The notes under the pieces: generated by a model
The model's database searches: none
Told to the model about the DNA's origin: nothing
Seen by the model: only the letters and a program-made list of their open reading frames with translations
In this document: piece by piece, positions 28,391 to 32,000 of the stretch
Layout of the letters: the number at the start of each line of letters is the position of its first letter
How positions within the stretch are numbered: the first letter of the stretch is position 1
Assembly (NCBI RefSeq): GCF_000186885.1
Contig: NC_014972.1
Location: 510,001 to 542,000, forward strand
Reading direction: 5' to 3'
Source of the DNA: Desulfobulbus propionicus DSM 2032
GTDB taxonomy: Bacteria; Desulfobacterota; Desulfobulbia; Desulfobulbales; Desulfobulbaceae
Length of the DNA: 32,000 bases
Program-made: the position numbers and the translations under genes

Positions 28391-28501
28391 CCCCCTTTCC
28401 TGGTTCGCAATCGTCCGCAATCAGGGCTCCCGAGGTGAAATCCCTTTGCAAACGACCTGTTTTTTTGTATCAGTTGTTTTTTTACCCGGAGAGACATCGG
28501 T

Positions 28502-28573
28502 ATGGCTGGGCGCCTGAGGGCTGAGAGGCGGAGATACGGTGTTGTTCCCGGATTACATGGGATAGCGTTATGA
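28502..28573 (+). CDS. Candidate 23-codon Arg-rich upstream ORF (MAGRLRAERRRYGVVPGLHGIAL) overlapping the argF start
   Basis: ATG 28502 is preceded by GGAGAG (28488-28493) at 8-nt spacing. 5 of 23 codons are Arg, including consecutive AGG-CGG-AGA. The stop TGA (28571-28573) overlaps the argF ATG (28570-28572). It could also be a chance ORF in GC-rich DNA. Confidence 0.3.
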   Translation: MAGRLRAERRRYGVVPGLHGIAL

Positions 28574-29490
28574 ACAACCACCTGTTGGCATTGGGCGATT
28601 TTACTCAGGAAGAACTGCGCGCGTTGATTGATCGGGCCCTGGAGCTCAAGGCGGAAAGCAAGCAGGGTGTCCGTCACCAGCAGCTTGCCGGCCGCAAGAT
28701 CTGTCTGCTGTTTGAAAAGCCGTCGACCCGGACCCGGGTCTCATTCGAAGCCGCCATGTACGGCTTGGGCGGACAGGTTATTTTCATGTCCACCAAGGAG
28801 TCGCAGCTCGGCCGGGGCGAACCGCTCAAGGATACCGCCCGTGTGCTTTCCCGCTACGTTGATGCCATCGTGGTCCGCACCTTTGGCCAAGGGGTAGTGG
28901 AAGAGTTGGCCCGCTACGCCACCGTGCCGGTGATCAACGCCCTTACCGACCTGCATCATCCTTGTCAGGTTCTCAGCGACCTGATGACGGTGATCGAGAA
29001 AAAGGGCACCCTGGACAAGACCAAAACCGTCTGGATCGGCGATGGCAACAACATGGCCAACTCCTGGATCGAGGCTGCCTCGGTGTTCGGCTTTCCCCTG
29101 ACTCTAGCCTGTCCCGCCGGTTTCAGCCCCAATGAGACCATTCTTGAGAAGGCCCGGGTGCGTAGCCCGCTGCCGATCGTGGTCCTGCGCGATCCGGCCG
29201 AGGCGATTCGCGGCGCGGCGGTGATCAATGTCGATGTCTGGGCCTCCATGGGTCAGGAAGCGGAACAAGAGCAGCGGTTGGGCGTGTTCCGCGACTATCA
29301 GCTGGACAGCGCGCTCTTGGCCAAGGCCGACAAGGATGCCATCGTCCTCCACTGCCTGCCCGCCCATCGCGGCGAGGAAGTCACCGAAGAGGTCCTCGAA
29401 GGCCCGCAGAGCGTGGTTTTTGATCAGGCGGAAAACAAGATGCATATCCATGCGGCGATCCTGGAACGGTTCATCGCCGGTGGTCATTAA
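28570..29490 (+). CDS. argF: Ornithine carbamoyltransferase
   Basis: 306 aa. Carbamoyl-phosphate site FEKPSTRTR, ornithine site HCLPA, DVWASMG. Its own SD is weak. Confidence 0.95.
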   Translation: MNNHLLALGDFTQEELRALIDRALELKAESKQGVRHQQLAGRKICLLFEKPSTRTRVSFEAAMYGLGGQVIFMSTKESQLGRGEPLKDTARVLSRYVDAIVVRTFGQGVVEELARYATVPVINALTDLHHPCQVLSDLMTVIEKKGTLDKTKTVWIGDGNNMANSWIEAASVFGFPLTLACPAGFSPNETILEKARVRSPLPIVVLRDPAEAIRGAAVINVDVWASMGQEAEQEQRLGVFRDYQLDSALLAKADKDAIVLHCLPAHRGEEVTEEVLEGPQSVVFDQAENKMHIHAAILERFIAGGH

Positions 29491-29539
29491 CACAAAAAGA
29501 TCGAGTAGGCGCCACTGGGAGCGCCGTCAGAGTTGAATT

Positions 29540-30739
29540 ATGTCGACCAACAAGATTGTACTCGCCTATTCCGGCGGTTTGGATACTTCGGTTATTTTAA
29601 AATGGCTGGCCAATGAATACGGTTGCCCGGTCATCGCCTATTCCGCCGACATCGGCCAGAAGGAGGACTGGGACGCGGTCCGGGCCAAAGGGTTGGCCAC
29701 CGGCGCGGAAAAGGTGATCATCTCCGATCTGCGCGAGGAGTTTGTCCGTGACTACATCTTCCCGGCCTTCCGCGCCAACGCCATCTACGAGGGAGCGTAC
29801 CTGCTGGGCACCTCGCTGGCCCGGCCGCTGATCGCCAAGGAACAGGTGCGCATCGCCATTGCGGAAGGAGCAGACGCGGTCAGCCACGGCGCCACCGGCA
29901 AGGGTAACGATCAGGTCCGCTTCGAGCTGAGCTACATGGCGCTTAACCCCAAGCTGACCATCATTGCCCCCTGGCGGATCTGGGATCTCAACTCGCGGCA
30001 GAAGCTGGTCGAGTTTGCCAAGGCGCACAATATCCCGGTGCCGGTGACCAAGAAAAATCCCTACAGCTCGGACGAGAACCTGCTCCATATCAGCTTTGAG
30101 GGTGGCATCCTTGAAGATCCGTGGAACGAGCCGGACGAGGACATGTTCAAGCTGACCGTGAGCCCGGAAAAGGCGCCGGATACGCCCACCTACATCGAAA
30201 TTGATTTCGAGCAGGGCACACCGGTGGCCATCGACGGCGAGCGGCTCGGTCCGGTGGCCCTGATGAGCAAACTCAACAGCCTGGGTGGGGCCAACGGCAT
30301 CGGCCGGCTCGACATGGTCGAGAACCGTTTTGTCGGCATGAAGTCGCGCGGCGTCTACGAAACCCCCGGCGGCACCATCCTGCGGGCCGCGCACCGCGAT
30401 CTGGAAACCATCACCCTAGACCGAGAAGTGCTCAATATTCGCGATAGTTTGGTGCCGCGCTACTCGCAGCTGATCTACAACGGTTTCTGGTTCTCGCCGG
30501 AAATGCGCCTCTTGCAGCGGACCATGGATGATGCCCAGACCACGGTCAACGGCACGGTGCGGCTCAAGCTCTACAAGGGCAACTGCATCCCCGTGGGCCG
30601 AAAATCAGCCAACTCGCTCTATTCCGAGTCCTTTGCCACCTTTGAGGAAGACGAGGTCTACAACCAGGCGGACGCCACCGGCTTTATCCGCCTCAACGCC
30701 CTGCGCCTGCGCATCCAGGCCCACCAACGGATGAAATGA
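29540..30739 (+). CDS. argG: Argininosuccinate synthase
   Basis: 399 aa. [12 protein letters not shown]-binding motif and full-length ArgG similarity. Confidence 0.97.
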   Translation: MSTNKIVLAYSGGLDTSVILKWLANEYGCPVIAYSADIGQKEDWDAVRAKGLATGAEKVIISDLREEFVRDYIFPAFRANAIYEGAYLLGTSLARPLIAKEQVRIAIAEGADAVSHGATGKGNDQVRFELSYMALNPKLTIIAPWRIWDLNSRQKLVEFAKAHNIPVPVTKKNPYSSDENLLHISFEGGILEDPWNEPDEDMFKLTVSPEKAPDTPTYIEIDFEQGTPVAIDGERLGPVALMSKLNSLGGANGIGRLDMVENRFVGMKSRGVYETPGGTILRAAHRDLETITLDREVLNIRDSLVPRYSQLIYNGFWFSPEMRLLQRTMDDAQTTVNGTVRLKLYKGNCIPVGRKSANSLYSESFATFEEDEVYNQADATGFIRLNALRLRIQAHQRMK

Positions 30740-32000
30740 GCGTGGACAGCACAAACCCCGCCGGCAAGATGTGGGGCGGCCGTTTCAGTGAGGCCACTGC
30801 CGCCTCGGTTGAGGCCTTTTCCGCCTCGATCCAGTACGATGCCCGCCTCTACCACCATGATATCATGGGCTCCAAGGCGCATGCGCGGATGCTCGCCCGG
30901 CAGGGGTTGATCACCGAGGCGGAACGGGATGCCATCCTCCAGGGGTTGACCGAGATCGAGGCCGAAATCGACCGCGGCGAGTTTGTCTTTCGGCCCGAGC
31001 TGGAAGACATTCACATGAATATCGAAAAGGTCCTGACCGAGCGGATCGGTCCGGCCGGGGCCAAACTGCACACCGCCCGCAGCCGCAACGACCAGGTCAA
31101 TCTCGATTTCCGCCTTTACCTGCGCGACGAAGCCGATGCCCTGGACGCGCTGCTGTGCGAGACGCAGCGGGCCTTTGCCCGTCTGGCTCGCAAGTATCTG
31201 GGCGTGGTCATGCCCGGGTACACCCACCTGCAACGGGCCCAACCGGTGCTGCTCTCCCATCATCTGCTCGCCTATGTGGAGATGTTTGGCCGCGACCGCG
31301 ACCGGTTGGCCGGCTGTCGGCAGCGGATCAACATCATGCCGCTCGGTGCCGCGGCCATGGCCGGTACCGGTCTGCCGATCGACCGGGAATCAGTGGCTGC
31401 GGAGCTTGGCTTTACCGCCATCACCGCCAACTCCATGGACACCACCGGTGATCGCGACTTTGCCCTGGAGATGCTGTTCTGTCTCAACCTGATCCAGCTC
31501 CACCTCAGCCGTCTGTCCGAGGAGTTGGTGCTGTGGTCGTCCAAGGAGTTCGAGTTCGTCCAGATCGGTGATCGCTACTGCACCGGCTCGTCGATCATGC
31601 CGCAGAAAAAGAATCCGGATATTCCCGAGTTGATCCGCGGCAAGACCGGCAGGGTCACTGGTGCCCTGATGGCGCTGTTGATGACGGTCAAGGGGTTGCC
31701 CCTGACCTACAACCGCGACCTGCAGGAAGACAAGGAGCAGGTGTTCGACGCCCTGGACACGGTCAAGGCCAGCCTGGCGATCACCGCCGAACTGCTCGAC
31801 CATACCGCCTTCAATGTCGAGCGGTTGCGGGCCGCCACCAGCGGCGGTTTCATGACCGCCACCGATCTCGCCGATTACCTGGTACGGCGCAACATGCCCT
31901 TTCGCGAGGCGCATGGCGTGGTGGGACGGGTCGTTGCCTTCTGCCAGGAGCGAAACTGCGAGCTGGTTGACCTGACCCTTGCGGAATTGCAATCCTTTTC
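30736..32000 (+). CDS. argH: Argininosuccinate lyase (5-prime partial, continues past the window end)
   Basis: Not in the ORF track because it has no stop within the window. Hand translation from ATG 30736, which overlaps the argG TGA, gives [19 protein letters not shown]...TARSRNDQV...[12 protein letters not shown].... The frame stays open to position 32000. Confidence 0.95.
   Translation, partial: MSVDSTNPAGKMWGGRFSEATAASVEAFSASIQYDARLYHHDIMGSKAHARMLARQGLITEAERDAILQGLTEIEAEIDRGEFVFRPELEDIHMNIEKVLTERIGPAGAKLHTARSRNDQVNLDFRLYLRDEADALDALLCETQRAFARLARKYLGVVMPGYTHLQRAQPVLLSHHLLAYVEMFGRDRDRLAGCRQRINIMPLGAAAMAGTGLPIDRESVAAELGFTAITANSMDTTGDRDFALEMLFCLNLIQLHLSRLSEELVLWSSKEFEFVQIGDRYCTGSSIMPQKKNPDIPELIRGKTGRVTGALMALLMTVKGLPLTYNRDLQEDKEQVFDALDTVKASLAITAELLDHTAFNVERLRAATSGGFMTATDLADYLVRRNMPFREAHGVVGRVVAFCQERNCELVDLTLAELQSF

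Overview
This is a roughly 60% GC chromosomal segment from a diderm bacterium, as shown by lptA/lptB, rpoN/ptsN and a Cpx-like envelope-stress two-component system. The gene style resembles Desulfobacterota/deltaproteobacteria, but that is inference only. Gene order: a + block with an unidentified 3-prime gene end, a DASS/SLC13 anion:Na+ symporter, an NhaD Na+/H+ antiporter, a NifX/NifB-like cofactor-binding protein, a small cupin and a YfbK-like vWA lipoprotein. Next comes a long - block: alpha/beta hydrolase, single-chain purL, a hicB-hicA toxin-antitoxin pair, an orphan B12-binding radical SAM enzyme, prfC, a Na/Pi cotransporter, tRNA-Asn(GUU), cpxA-like kinase, cpxR-like regulator and prmA. 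Then a + pair (small HsdR_N-like protein and class II DAHP synthase), a - block (ptsN, rpoN, lptB, lptA), and a + arginine operon argB-argD-mntP-argF-argG-argH. argH runs off the right edge and is absent from the ORF track because it has no stop codon in the window. The ORF track uses ATG/GTG/TTG and the longest ORF, so I trimmed several starts (purL, prfC, rSAM, cpxR-like, lptA, argB, vWA, NifX-like, DAHPS, HsdR_N-like). The many long R/G/P/H-rich ORFs antisense to recognisable genes are high-GC shadow ORFs. I do not see a convincing novel multi-gene system; the window is mostly core metabolism. The points most worth a second look are: (1) an Arg-rich 23-codon upstream ORF with a good SD whose stop overlaps the argF start; (2) the orphan B12-rSAM with a CX4CX2C cluster motif, preceded by a perfect 19-bp inverted repeat and followed by hicBA; (3) a strong intrinsic terminator inside the prfC leader; (4) an exact GTAAA-N5-GTAAA box upstream of the cpxRA-like operon; (5) an HsdR_N-like gene tightly coupled to DAHP synthase; (6) mntP embedded in the arg operon without a Mn riboswitch. 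No CRISPR array, rRNA, transposase or integrase was seen.
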